A stretch of 64,000 bases of DNA from positions 1 through 64,000 of IMG/VR virus record IMGVR_UViG_3300015371_000013; one strand, written 5' to 3'. Position 1 is the first letter of the stretch. The number at the start of each line of letters is the position of its first letter. Source of the DNA: a virus. The translations under genes were made by a program, and so were the position numbers. Shown in pieces: positions 27,542 to 35,823 of this stretch. The notes below the pieces were generated by a model. It made no database searches, was not told the origin of the DNA, and worked only from the letters and a program-made list of their open reading frames with translations.

Positions 27542-28351
27542 CTAGTAGTGCTTTGGGATGTAGTCCGGCTTGGGGAGTACCTGGAAGTCGATTGACAGAC
27601 AAGGTCTTCCGTCTGGAGATGTAACCGTATCGTACTTGAGCTCCAGAAGCTCATCGGTGTTCCACCCCATATCGTCGGTCCATGAGGTGGCGGGCATTCC
27701 GAGACGCTCGTAGAAGGCGGTAGCATTGACCCAACCTCGATCGTTGAGGATCTCGGCGTTGGTGTCGTTGACTGCCTTCTTGATCTTCTCCATGGTGCTA
27801 TGGAAATATCGTCCGGTCGGCTCATCAAAACAGAGAACCTCTCCCTCGACCACGACGATTTTCTGATAGCCGTCGGTTCGATTCACCCGATCCTGAGAAA
27901 TCTCCGCCTCGATGGATTGCTTCTTCGGACCGGTGAGCTTCTCGGAGACCTTCTCCTTGTACTCCGAGAGATTGCGTTCAGCCAGACCATAGGCCGCCGC
28001 CAAAGCTGCCGCTTTCTGAGCCGACATGCGATGGGAGAATATGATGGCACTGATCGTGAGACCTCCGGTGACGACAGGAGGCACGAACTGCGGCCAGACC
28101 AGCTTGATCTTCTGAGACGGGCTGAGTCCCATGGTGGCATTGCTTTCACCATCGATGACGTCGGTCACGCCTTCGGGATGAATATGCTCGAGCTCCTTCT
28201 CGCGGATGATCTCCGCGGCTTTAAAGCCAGCTCGGCCGGTGAGGACTGCGGTGGCAACTGTGCCAACAACACCTCCCGCGGTGAGCAGAACGGTCGCGTT
28301 CTCAGAAACGAACTGGGCGCCCTTCTGCTTTACTGCATCAAGAAACTGCAC
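27542..28351 (-). CDS. Conserved membrane-associated phage protein (DUF6353-like, second copy)
   Basis: ENATVLLTAGGVVG, ALAAAY, LCFDEPTGRYF, GW, DGRPC; ORF-track start lies inside the upstream promoter. Confidence 0.75.
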   Translation of the reverse strand: MQFLDAVKQKGAQFVSENATVLLTAGGVVGTVATAVLTGRAGFKAAEIIREKELEHIHPEGVTDVIDGESNATMGLSPSQKIKLVWPQFVPPVVTGGLTISAIIFSHRMSAQKAAALAAAYGLAERNLSEYKEKVSEKLTGPKKQSIEAEISQDRVNRTDGYQKIVVVEGEVLCFDEPTGRYFHSTMEKIKKAVNDTNAEILNDRGWVNATAFYERLGMPATSWTDDMGWNTDELLELKYDTVTSPDGRPCLSIDFQVLPKPDYIPKHY

Positions 28352-28383
28352 TCTCCTAGGCCTTTCTCGAACTTGGGTGGACG

Positions 28384-28421
28384 AAAAGAAAAAGAGATTC
28401 CGAATCAACGGATCTCTCTTC
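28384..28421 (-). ncRNA. Minimal cassette: promoter followed directly by hairpin and U-run
   Basis: GAAGAGAGAUCCG-UUGAUU-CGGAAUCUCUUUUUCUUUU. Confidence 0.55.
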
Positions 28422-28445
28422 ATTATAGGGGATGTTTTTCCCGCG
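28422..28445 (-). promoter_or_regulatory. Phage promoter element CGCG-N14-TATAAT
   Basis: Consensus match. Confidence 0.8.
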
Positions 28446-28450
28446 AATTT

Positions 28451-29613
28451 TCAGCGGTCGTTCTTCCGATGGATTTCGAGCCTCTCGCCAGGCTTGAATC
28501 GGCATCGCCCTAATTTTCCCTCCAAGGTGGTAAGGCCTATCTCACTGGGGGTAACCCATCTCACAGACACCACGTCGGTGACTGCGAAAACGACCTCCTC
28601 GGTTTCCTCATCGACAAATATGAGTTCGAAGGTCATCGAGACTTTCCGCGAAGAATGGCGGCGAGAGCCAGTAGTTTCTGAGCTTGGTCCTCGCATGACT
28701 GAGCAATCTGATCAGCGGTCATCGTCGCATCTCCCGGCAGAATATCCAGATGAGCCAGAGCCCCCCTGTGACAACTGTCAACATGACGTCGAACACAAAG
28801 GAAAAGAAGCCATAGCGCTTTCGCGGCTCTCCGAAGTAGACATGGCGAGAATATGTCTGATTGTCACGAAAGAACTCACGCATTGTCGTCACGCTCATTG
28901 TACTTGTTCTGGATCTCAATCAGCTTGGCCGACATGCTGTCGAGAATAACTTGATCGAACTCGCTGAGCTCGATACGATTATCATCCACGATTTGCAAAA
29001 GCCGATTGCGCTGTCTGATCGTCTCTTCGAGAGCGGTAGCCAGATCCTCTCGATGTTCAATTACGATATCAATGCTTTTGAGCAGTCGCTTGACCTGAAC
29101 TATCGATACAATGTTGGTGGCGAAGAGACCAGCAATGATGGCGTAAAAGTAAATATCACTATTGAGAAATTTACGCATCCCGCTTTATCCCCTTGGCTGT
29201 GGGGTGAAACTTTAAAGCGCGCCTCTCGGCGAGTTCTCGGGTGACGGCCCGGACTTTGACGGTTCGAGTCATCCCGTTCTCATACTCCACGGTGACGTGA
29301 TACAAGCGCTTCGACTTCTTGGTCTGCACGGCAGGCTCTTTCTGTTGAGGGTAAATATGACTTACGGAAGAAGATCTCTCAGAGCAGCGTAAGCTTCTCG
29401 TTGATTTGGAGTGAGCGAGAACTCAGCATACTCATTTGCGAGTTCTTTGATTTCCTGACGTTCTTCGGGGGTGAACTGTTCACGCAAAGTGCTCGCCATG
29501 CGACGAGCATCGTTGTGAATCGTCATGATCACTGTGTAATGGATGAGAGCTTTGTCTCGTGACTTCATCAGATTCCTTTCTGAGAAAAAAGAGAGAGAAG
29601 GGAATCTATCCAA
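28451..29613 (-). other. Run of small CDSs (28451..~28636, 28719..~28883 membrane, 28876..29178 membrane, ~29171..29329, 29362..~29568)
   Basis: Coupled small ORFs; the one ending at 28719 has LTVVTGGLWLIWIFCRE. Confidence 0.6.
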
Positions 29614-29664
29614 TTCAATGGCGTATTCCTTTGCAAGCCAACAGTCAGTTGGCTCTTCTCTCTC
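29585..29664 (-). ncRNA. Promoter-driven ~80-nt three-way-junction RNA
   Basis: Perfect 10-bp GAGAGAGAAG/CUUCUCUCUC then U6; hairpins AGCCAAC/GUUGGCU and GGAAU/AUUCC. Confidence 0.75.
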
Positions 29665-29688
29665 ACTATACGGCGTGTTTTCCCCGCG
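29665..29688 (-). promoter_or_regulatory. Phage promoter element CGCG-N14-TATAGT
   Basis: Consensus match. Confidence 0.8.
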
Positions 29689-29691
29689 TGA

Positions 29692-30072
29692 CTATGCGGT
29701 CACTACATCCGGCTTCCTGGCCACCCAGGTCGAGCTGATGAGATAGAGCCCAGCCAGGGTCGACAAGAACAGACCCCAACCCGGCTGAACCAGATCGTTG
29801 ACTCCCGCCTCACTGAGATGGAACCAGACATAGGCCACTTGAGACAGGACTACGAGACCGACGAAGATCGAGACGATCCTCATGTAGAGACCGGAGACGG
29901 CGGACGCGATGACGAGTCCGATGCCTGTGAATATGGCGACCGCCACCTCGGTGAAGTTCATCGGCCCGGCGCTGATGACTCCGAGAAAGCTGATCCAGGG
30001 GCCAAGGGCACCAAAGATAAGCGCGATAGCGCCAATGGTGAGCGCGGTGGGACGGTTGAGCTTGGTAGTCAT
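29692..30072 (-). CDS. Four-TM membrane protein
   Basis: Four hydrophobic helices, GPW and PGWGL motifs; AAGGAG RBS before MTTK. Confidence 0.7.
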   Translation of the reverse strand: MTTKLNRPTALTIGAIALIFGALGPWISFLGVISAGPMNFTEVAVAIFTGIGLVIASAVSGLYMRIVSIFVGLVVLSQVAYVWFHLSEAGVNDLVQPGWGLFLSTLAGLYLISSTWVARKPDVVTA

Positions 30073-30097
30073 GATGACTCCTTTATGGATTGTGGAT

Positions 30098-30185
30098 AAA
30101 AAAGAGAGACCCATCTCCTCCTGCTGTCGTAGCATGGCTTCGTTGGCAGGTCGCGTAGCATAGCTTCGCTGTGGAGATAGGTCTC
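30098..30185 (-). ncRNA. ~85-nt RNA with two copies of hairpin CGAAGC(U/C)AUGCUACG
   Basis: Stem GAGACCUAUCUCC/GGAGAUGGGUCUC then U-run; repeats at 30128-42 and 30154-68. Confidence 0.7.
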
Positions 30186-30195
30186 AAAATATAAA

Positions 30196-30314
30196 GAAAC
30201 CCCAGCACATTGCTCTACCTGGGCGCAATGCACTAGATAGAGTTAGGTGGGCACTCGAGGTACTTTTTACACCGTAGCCTGAGCGCAATGCATCAGACTA
30301 ACTGCTGGGGTTTC
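30196..30314 (-). ncRNA. Promoter-driven ~120-nt RNA with duplicated UGCAUUGCGC(U/C)CAGG
   Basis: Perfect 12-bp terminal stem 30196-207/30303-314; repeats 30218-32 and 30278-92. Confidence 0.75.
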
Positions 30315-30338
30315 ATTATACCACGGGTTTTCTACGCG
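30315..30338 (-). promoter_or_regulatory. Phage promoter element CGCG-N14-TATAAT
   Basis: Consensus match; overlaps stop codon of upstream gene. Confidence 0.8.
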
Positions 30339-30739
30339 AATACGGAATTCGGCAAAGCCGCAAACCGTTCTTGTAACCCGTGAATATCCTGAGCAATCTC
30401 ACGAGCGTTTTTGCCAACAACGGCTGCAGCTCGATTGATGCTCGGATAAGGTTCGCCAGTCAGCTTGTCCAAAACAGGAATTGGCTCACGACAAGCTCTT
30501 TTTACGAGGGCTATCTGGGTGATCTTGGGCTTCCAGATAATCAACGCCGTATTCTTTGCTTTCTGCTGTATCTCAAGCGGCAAACCGTTGAGACGAAGTA
30601 GAATGGTGGTCGCAGTGACAGAAGAGCCCACCGCGAGACATCCTGCGCCGACGAGATACACCTTCTTGTTCTCCTGCAGATGCTGCTTAACCCGCTCGAT
30701 CTTGGTACGATCGTCCTGCTTTTCTCCTTCCTGACTCAT
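30332..30739 (-). CDS. Membrane-anchored protein with C-terminal NUMOD1-like HTH (paralog of 34325..34705)
   Basis: KQHL..NKKVYLVGAGCL; PVLDKLTGEPYPSINRAA. Confidence 0.65.
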   Translation of the reverse strand: MSQEGEKQDDRTKIERVKQHLQENKKVYLVGAGCLAVGSSVTATTILLRLNGLPLEIQQKAKNTALIIWKPKITQIALVKRACREPIPVLDKLTGEPYPSINRAAAVVGKNAREIAQDIHGLQERFAALPNSVFA

Positions 30740-30922
30740 AGTCCCTTCCTTGGGTTGAACACTGATTTACAAATATGAGCGATGGTGACAGCGGTGATGA
30801 TCTTTATCACTGCGTCCGTCGTCTTGTCAATCACTCGTTCCACGTCTTCGGTGGGGATGTTGATGTTGATGTTTACATCATCTTCGATCTTGTGCTTCAC
30901 GACTCTCCTTGTCGCCCGAGGG

Positions 30923-30984
30923 AAAAAATGAAAGAGATCACAATTTCGAATATGCGATTACAGGAGCCTTTCTCCTTCTCTTTC
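30923..30984 (-). ncRNA. Promoter-driven ~60-nt three-way-junction RNA
   Basis: GAAAGAG/CUCUUUC stem then A-U6; hairpins AGGAG/CUCCU and AUCGCA/UGUGAU. Confidence 0.65.
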
Positions 30985-31008
30985 ATTATAGGGGCGGTTT
31001 TTCACGCG
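30985..31008 (-). promoter_or_regulatory. Phage promoter element CGCG-N14-TATAAT
   Basis: Consensus match. Confidence 0.8.
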
Positions 31009-31010
31009 AA

Positions 31011-31373
31011 TTATTCACCCTCAATATCTGCTTTGATATCCGGCAATTCCTTCGGGCGTTCTCGTCTTTCTGAGGTGACGATCACGGTTATGGTGGGCAA
31101 TTCCCACCGGCGTTCGGCCAGAGGATCGATCTGCATCTGGCGAAGATCCTCAGGCGTTAAAGAGAACTCGTATACTTCAGGCGTGATGACCTTGTCTCTG
31201 TCGGCCAGCACCGAGTTGAACTTCATCGCCTTGTAGGTAACCGCCGATCCAACCATGGCTCCAAATATCCCGGTGGCGGCGTAAGGATGATCGGTAGCGA
31301 ATCTGATCGAACGAGACAGCAGAAGCAACCAGTTTATCTGGTTCATCTGCTCTTTCATCTGATCTTGCTCCAT
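31011..31373 (-). CDS. Single-pass membrane protein (paralog of 36936..37184)
   Basis: TM followed by LTPEDL....DP....W motif. Confidence 0.65.
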   Translation of the reverse strand: MEQDQMKEQMNQINWLLLLSRSIRFATDHPYAATGIFGAMVGSAVTYKAMKFNSVLADRDKVITPEVYEFSLTPEDLRQMQIDPLAERRWELPTITVIVTSERRERPKELPDIKADIEGE

Positions 31374-31994
31374 CTAGCCAACCTCCTTGCTGGCCTGTAT
31401 CGAAGCGCTTACACCAATGATTCTGCAGAGAAGATTGATCGAATCGTGAGAATGCAGCGGCTCGTAATGCGGATTGAGCTTGTCTTGCTTTACCAGATCA
31501 ACGATGCCCTGAATATCCGTACGCCATTGAGAAGACGTATAGTAATCGGCCAGCCCGCGATCCGTACGCTTAAGCGTGTCAAGGAACTTATCCTCGGCAA
31601 TCTCCTTAATACGATTTGCCCATTCCGAGGTAATTTCCATAGTCGCCCCTGTGCCCTTCTGAACGAAGGGCGAATTGTCGACGTACTGCATAGCGTCGTT
31701 GTAGATTCGAGCAACCACGATCTCCTTGAGGGCATCCTGACCATAGATCAGGACAGCATAACCCAAGGGCAGATTCCAGATCTTCTCCGGACGACCATGA
31801 TGAACGCCCTGAGTGAGGCAGTTGTAGCCCCACTCGATTTCCTTCTGAGACTTCTGAGGACCCTTTACCTTGATGAACTTCACCATATTCTCAGCCTCGT
31901 ATTCCGAGACATCAAGTTCTTTGGCGATTTCACTGATAGAACGGTCTTCGCCTATCATCTGACGAGTTCGAGCTAGTTTCTCTTGGGTGTTCAT
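31374..31994 (-). CDS. N-terminal HTH protein
   Basis: RSISEIAKELDVS; AGAGGAG RBS. Confidence 0.6.
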   Translation of the reverse strand: MNTQEKLARTRQMIGEDRSISEIAKELDVSEYEAENMVKFIKVKGPQKSQKEIEWGYNCLTQGVHHGRPEKIWNLPLGYAVLIYGQDALKEIVVARIYNDAMQYVDNSPFVQKGTGATMEITSEWANRIKEIAEDKFLDTLKRTDRGLADYYTSSQWRTDIQGIVDLVKQDKLNPHYEPLHSHDSINLLCRIIGVSASIQASKEVG

Positions 31995-32099
31995 TACTCT
32001 CCTCTATACGCTTGATCTTTTGCTCCCAGAATGTCCAGTCCCGCCACCGCTGTTCTAGCAAATATAGCCGTTCTGGAGTCAACCACGGAGCAATCAACT

Positions 32100-32569
32100 T
32101 CATTGATCTCCAAGTCCGGTATCGCGCAGAATTTTTCGCGAGATTTCCTTCGGATCAGTCAACCCTTGCCATTCTGTTCCTTCGCGGATGGCAAACAGGA
32201 CGTCAATCACGGCCAGATTGTATCCGACAAACTTAGCCTGATCCTCCGGAGAAATCTCTAGGTCGCCAGGCACAGGCTCAGCAATCTGCATGAAAGTATC
32301 TTGAAGCTCTTTGAGTCGAGCTTTTTCGGTTTCGGTGATCATTGCTCTCCTAAATATAGTGATTAATCGTCGATAACCAGAGGGTCAAACCATCGACCAT
32401 CTAGATCATGACGAAACCCTGCCTCAAGCATACGTTGTTCGATAATCTCCGGATGCTCGGCCTCCATGTGCCGCACCTCTTCGTGCGTATTGTTGGCAAC
32501 TGCTCCACAATATGGGCAATGCCTCACACAATAAGGTCCGGAGCTCATGGGGTAATCCTCGTCATACAC
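32100..32569 (-). other. Two small CDSs (32100..32342; 32363..~32548 with CxxC/HxxxxH zinc finger)
   Basis: RBS; CPYC...HM..EH. Confidence 0.55.
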
Positions 32570-33021
32570 AGACTGATTCCACTCTGGGTACTCATGTAGC
32601 GCGCATCAGGCCAGATTCCCTTGCGATGAAGATCCAGCCGGTCGGCGTCCCAACAGGTGGCGATAGTGGGATTGATCGCTCTTTGACCAGAGCTATGCTC
32701 CACACAGGCCTCGAACAGTAGTTCTATTTGCTCATCGAAAATATAGCGATGGAGATGCTCTTGCGTCTTGTAGAAGCGTTCCCACAATCGATACCCTCGA
32801 TTTCCATGATCAGGATCTTTACCATCGTTTACCCGCATGGAGTCGTGAAATAAAGCGTACAACGCCACAACTTCCATGTCGGCGCCGGTTTCATACCCGT
32901 TTAGCATCTGAGCGTTCTGCCAGACCCTAAACCAATGGTCAAGACCATGGAGTCGACTCTGGAGAACGTTCAGGGTTATAGACTCGCCCAAGACAAAGGG
33001 AACGCAATGACTGGCGAGCAT
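32545..33021 (-). CDS. HD-domain phosphohydrolase
   Basis: HG..HW.RV, ALFHD, H, CWDADRLD. Confidence 0.85.
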   Translation of the reverse strand: MLASHCVPFVLGESITLNVLQSRLHGLDHWFRVWQNAQMLNGYETGADMEVVALYALFHDSMRVNDGKDPDHGNRGYRLWERFYKTQEHLHRYIFDEQIELLFEACVEHSSGQRAINPTIATCWDADRLDLHRKGIWPDARYMSTQSGISLCMTRITP

Positions 33022-33047
33022 GGTTACTCCTGCGGGTTGGCCGTTGA

Positions 33048-33320
33048 TTATAAACTTTCCTTTGCTTTCTTGCGCTTTCGTCTCTTGTAGGCACGATCCA
33101 CGGTTCGTCTAGCGCAGATATCGCTACAGTACTGTGCATCGTTTCGAGGCTTTCTTGTTTTCGAGAGAGGCTCTTGGAATAGAAATTCCTTTTGACAGGT
33201 TTCGTCAGCACATCGCTTGATCTCGACATCAAGTAAAGTCAAGATCGCATCTGTGAGAGTGCTGGTTTGAGTATAGGAAAGGGCAGTCTGAACTACTACG
33301 TCGGGTACATCTTGGTTCAT
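33048..33320 (-). CDS. CGNR-like zinc-finger protein
   Basis: CADETC..EF...AQYCSDIC.RR, basic tail. Confidence 0.6.
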   Translation of the reverse strand: MNQDVPDVVVQTALSYTQTSTLTDAILTLLDVEIKRCADETCQKEFLFQEPLSKTRKPRNDAQYCSDICARRTVDRAYKRRKRKKAKESL

Positions 33321-33872
33321 CACGACTGCAAATATGCGATGTCGCGAGCCTGCTTGAGATCGCGAGCCTGCTCGATGGTCAGACCAAGAAGCTCGGTCTT
33401 GGTGAAGCTCAGCTCGTCGCTGAACCACGGGAAGACAAACTTCTCAGAGCCGTCTTCCATAGTGGCGATGGCCTCCTTGTCACCGTAGCGGTGATTGGAG
33501 TCTTGAAAGATTACTGACTTGATGCGCATAACTCTCCTAGTTTGGGTTGCCGAACAGTTCTTCCAGACGTGTAGCCAGATACTCCTGTCGAACTTCGTGA
33601 TGAACGTCTTTCAACTCTTCAAGAATATCGTGAGCAATCTGCTGATACTCCTGGCTGCTCGTAGTCTCGACGGGGAACCAGCGGTTAAGCTTCGGGTAAG
33701 GCCCTTCGCTTCTAAGGGCGTTTTCCCGCTTGAGTCGTCCGAGCATGGTGGTGATCTGGAGTGGCGGGCCCTCGAAAGAAATCCCAGCAATGATCTCAGA
33801 TCGAGCGGCTCCAGGATTGGCACGGACATATTCTATGATTTGATGTGTAAGAGTGTTGTTGGTTTGTGACAC
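33320..33872 (-). other. Hypothetical CDS (33320..33529) and winged-HTH CDS (33537..33872)
   Basis: RBS; QIIEYVRANPG..RSEI...LGRLKR pattern. Confidence 0.55.
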
Positions 33873-33937
33873 AAAGTCTCTCAGGTTGTGGGGTCTCAGA
33901 AAAAATGAGAACCCACGAATGGATTCTCATTGAAATA

Positions 33938-34144
33938 CTACGACTTGTTGAGCTTGGCGGTCTCGAGGTTGAGCTTGGCGGTCTCGAGCTGCATCTGGTT
34001 CACCTTGAGGCCTGCGTACACGGACGCGCCGGTCAGAGCCACGGGAATGACGATCCACGCGGTCATGATGGCGGCATCCTTGATGCGCTGCTTCTTGGTG
34101 GGCTTGGGCGGCTCGACGACCTTGGGGGTCTCGGGCTCGGACAT
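33938..34144 (-). CDS. Single-pass membrane cassette protein
   Basis: AAGGAG RBS, TM, LETAKLN repeat; ORF-track extension runs through the upstream RNA. Confidence 0.7.
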   Translation of the reverse strand: MSEPETPKVVEPPKPTKKQRIKDAAIMTAWIVIPVALTGASVYAGLKVNQMQLETAKLNLETAKLNKS

Positions 34145-34193
34145 GCAACACTCCTTTTGTAGTGGTTTCATTATGAACTGTGAAATATCCGCG

Positions 34194-34298
34194 AAAGAAA
34201 AGAGAGAGCCACCTACCAACGACTTATAGAAGTTGGGATCCGACCCCCTTAAAGGGGATCTCGTCAAGGCGACTTAGAGAAGCCTAGATGACTCTCTC
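34194..34298 (-). ncRNA. Promoter-driven ~100-nt four-way-junction RNA with duplicated CUUCU(C/A)UAAGUCG
   Basis: 14-bp terminal stem with two G-U pairs; three hairpins, the outer two sharing the motif. Confidence 0.78.
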
Positions 34299-34324
34299 AC
34301 TATAAAGCGTGAATATGGCGCGAA

Positions 34325-34705
34325 TTATATGGTGATACGTTCGAAGTGCAACCCATTCGCATGCGGGTATTTACCGTTCAGATGCTGTGAAAGGTTAGTT
34401 TCCGAGATGCCCTTCGCCAAAGCGGCCTCTGCTTGGCTGCTCCACTTCTCCAGAGTTTCGAGACATCGTACTGGATTAGCCGGGTAATTGCGCTGGTTCA
34501 AATACTTGATGACCACGTCGACATTCTTTGACTTATTGACTATCAGACCAATGTTGTCAGTACCATTGAACGTCTGAATTACATTGGGGCTTGACACCCC
34601 GCGCAGCAAATATCCCGCGGTAAGACATCCTGCACCAACCAAGTAAACCTTCTTGTTGTCCTTCAAATGCTGCTTGATCTTCTGATAACGCGTAGACTCT
34701 TCCAT
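34325..34705 (-). CDS. Membrane-anchored protein with C-terminal NUMOD1-like HTH
   Basis: KIKQHLKDNKKVYLVGAGCL; PVRCLETLEKWSSQAEAA...SQHLNGK...GLHF. Confidence 0.7.
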   Translation of the reverse strand: MEESTRYQKIKQHLKDNKKVYLVGAGCLTAGYLLRGVSSPNVIQTFNGTDNIGLIVNKSKNVDVVIKYLNQRNYPANPVRCLETLEKWSSQAEAALAKGISETNLSQHLNGKYPHANGLHFERITI

Positions 34706-34760
34706 GATTTCCTTTAGTTCGTTTGAATAAAAAAGGAAAGCCCCTTTTCGGGGCTCGCCT

Positions 34761-34922
34761 TTAGGCGTAGATCTGAACGACGCCGGGGACGAGGGTGGTC
34801 TCAGCCAGCTTGGCCTGGGACTTGGTGATCATTCGCTCGTACTTGTACACCGCACGGATAGTGCGGAGAACGTTGACGTTTGCGTTGATCTCGGTCTTAA
34901 CGGCCTTGATGGGATGGAACAT
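34761..34922 (-). CDS. 53-aa cassette protein (not in ORF track)
   Basis: AAGGAG RBS; MFHPIKAVKTE...QIYA between promoter and terminator. Confidence 0.7.
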   Translation of the reverse strand: MFHPIKAVKTEINANVNVLRTIRAVYKYERMITKSQAKLAETTLVPGVVQIYA

Positions 34923-35009
34923 AATGGTCTCCTTTGGTGGTTTAGGTCTTCATTATGTACCATGTTTTTCACGCGAAAAAGGAAAGCCCGTGCGGACTCT
35001 CCTTAGAAA

Positions 35010-35207
35010 TTACTTCACCTGGTTGGAAGCTGCCTTGAGGGTTTCGAGGACGATCCTCTTGTCGAGCATCTTGTACGAGATGAATGAGTTGGCGACTGCG
35101 GTAGCACAGTAGATGGAAAAGCATCCGAGTACTAGCTTTTGGCTGCCAGTCATCATCATGATACGAGACCTCCTAAGAGGCTCACGGGTTTCGTTTGACT
35201 CGGGCAT
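35010..35207 (-). CDS. Cassette membrane protein
   Basis: Between promoter 35235 and terminator; an alternative start near 35159 has AGGAGG. Confidence 0.65.
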   Translation of the reverse strand: MPESNETREPLRRSRIMMMTGSQKLVLGCFSIYCATAVANSFISYKMLDKRIVLETLKAASNQVK

Positions 35208-35295
35208 AACTCTCCTAGAGTTGATAGTGGTTTCATTATAGCCTGTGAAAAGTATGCGAAAAACTGAAAGCCCGGGTTAGGGGCTCTCAGTTTGA

Positions 35296-35433
35296 TTAGC
35301 TGCTCTTCTTCGAAAGCAGATGATCGGCGATGACGATTGAACTCGTTGCCAGCGTAAGCCACGCACTGGCCCGAGTGGCCCGATGGGCGTGGGGGGCGGT
35401 GACGTGGATGACGGCGGCGAGCTTGTTCTTCAT
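35296..35433 (-). CDS. 45-aa cassette protein (not in ORF track)
   Basis: AAGGAG RBS; MKNKLAAV...SKKSS. Confidence 0.7.
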   Translation of the reverse strand: MKNKLAAVIHVTAPHAHRATRASAWLTLATSSIVIADHLLSKKSS

Positions 35434-35531
35434 GGCAAATCTCCTTCTGATAAGAGGGTTTACTTTTCATTAGAAGCTATGAAATATCCGCGAAAAACCT
35501 AGAGACCGGGTTAGGGTCTCAGGGTTTTGAA

Positions 35532-35723
35532 CTAGAACTTACGGGCGATGATGACTTGGGAGTTCGGCTCGAGTGCGGCCAGAGCATCGACATGTTCCTG
35601 GATGCGGCGCTGACGCTCCTGCTCTTCCCCAGCTGCAGCGAATGCAGTGAGGGTGAACAGAGCGGCGCCACCCAGGGCCTTGCCGGTGTTGCGGGCGTAC
35701 TTCTTGGCGGTTTCCTTGGTCAT
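35532..35723 (-). CDS. Cassette membrane/secreted protein
   Basis: RBS, hydrophobic segment. Confidence 0.7.
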   Translation of the reverse strand: MTKETAKKYARNTGKALGGAALFTLTAFAAAGEEQERQRRIQEHVDALAALEPNSQVIIARKF

Positions 35724-35823
35724 GGTTTTTCTCCTTTTGAGTTTGATTTAGTTCTCATTATAAGACATGAAAATTACGCGAAAAAAGAAAGAAAGAGAAT
35801 CCGATGCGGACTCCCTTCTTGAT

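Noticed and set aside
34194-34298. tRNA (middle loop can be read CU-UUA-AG)
   Set aside because: No T-arm (GUUCRA), no D-loop GG, a 14-bp closing stem and no CCA; no canonical tRNA gene was seen anywhere in the window
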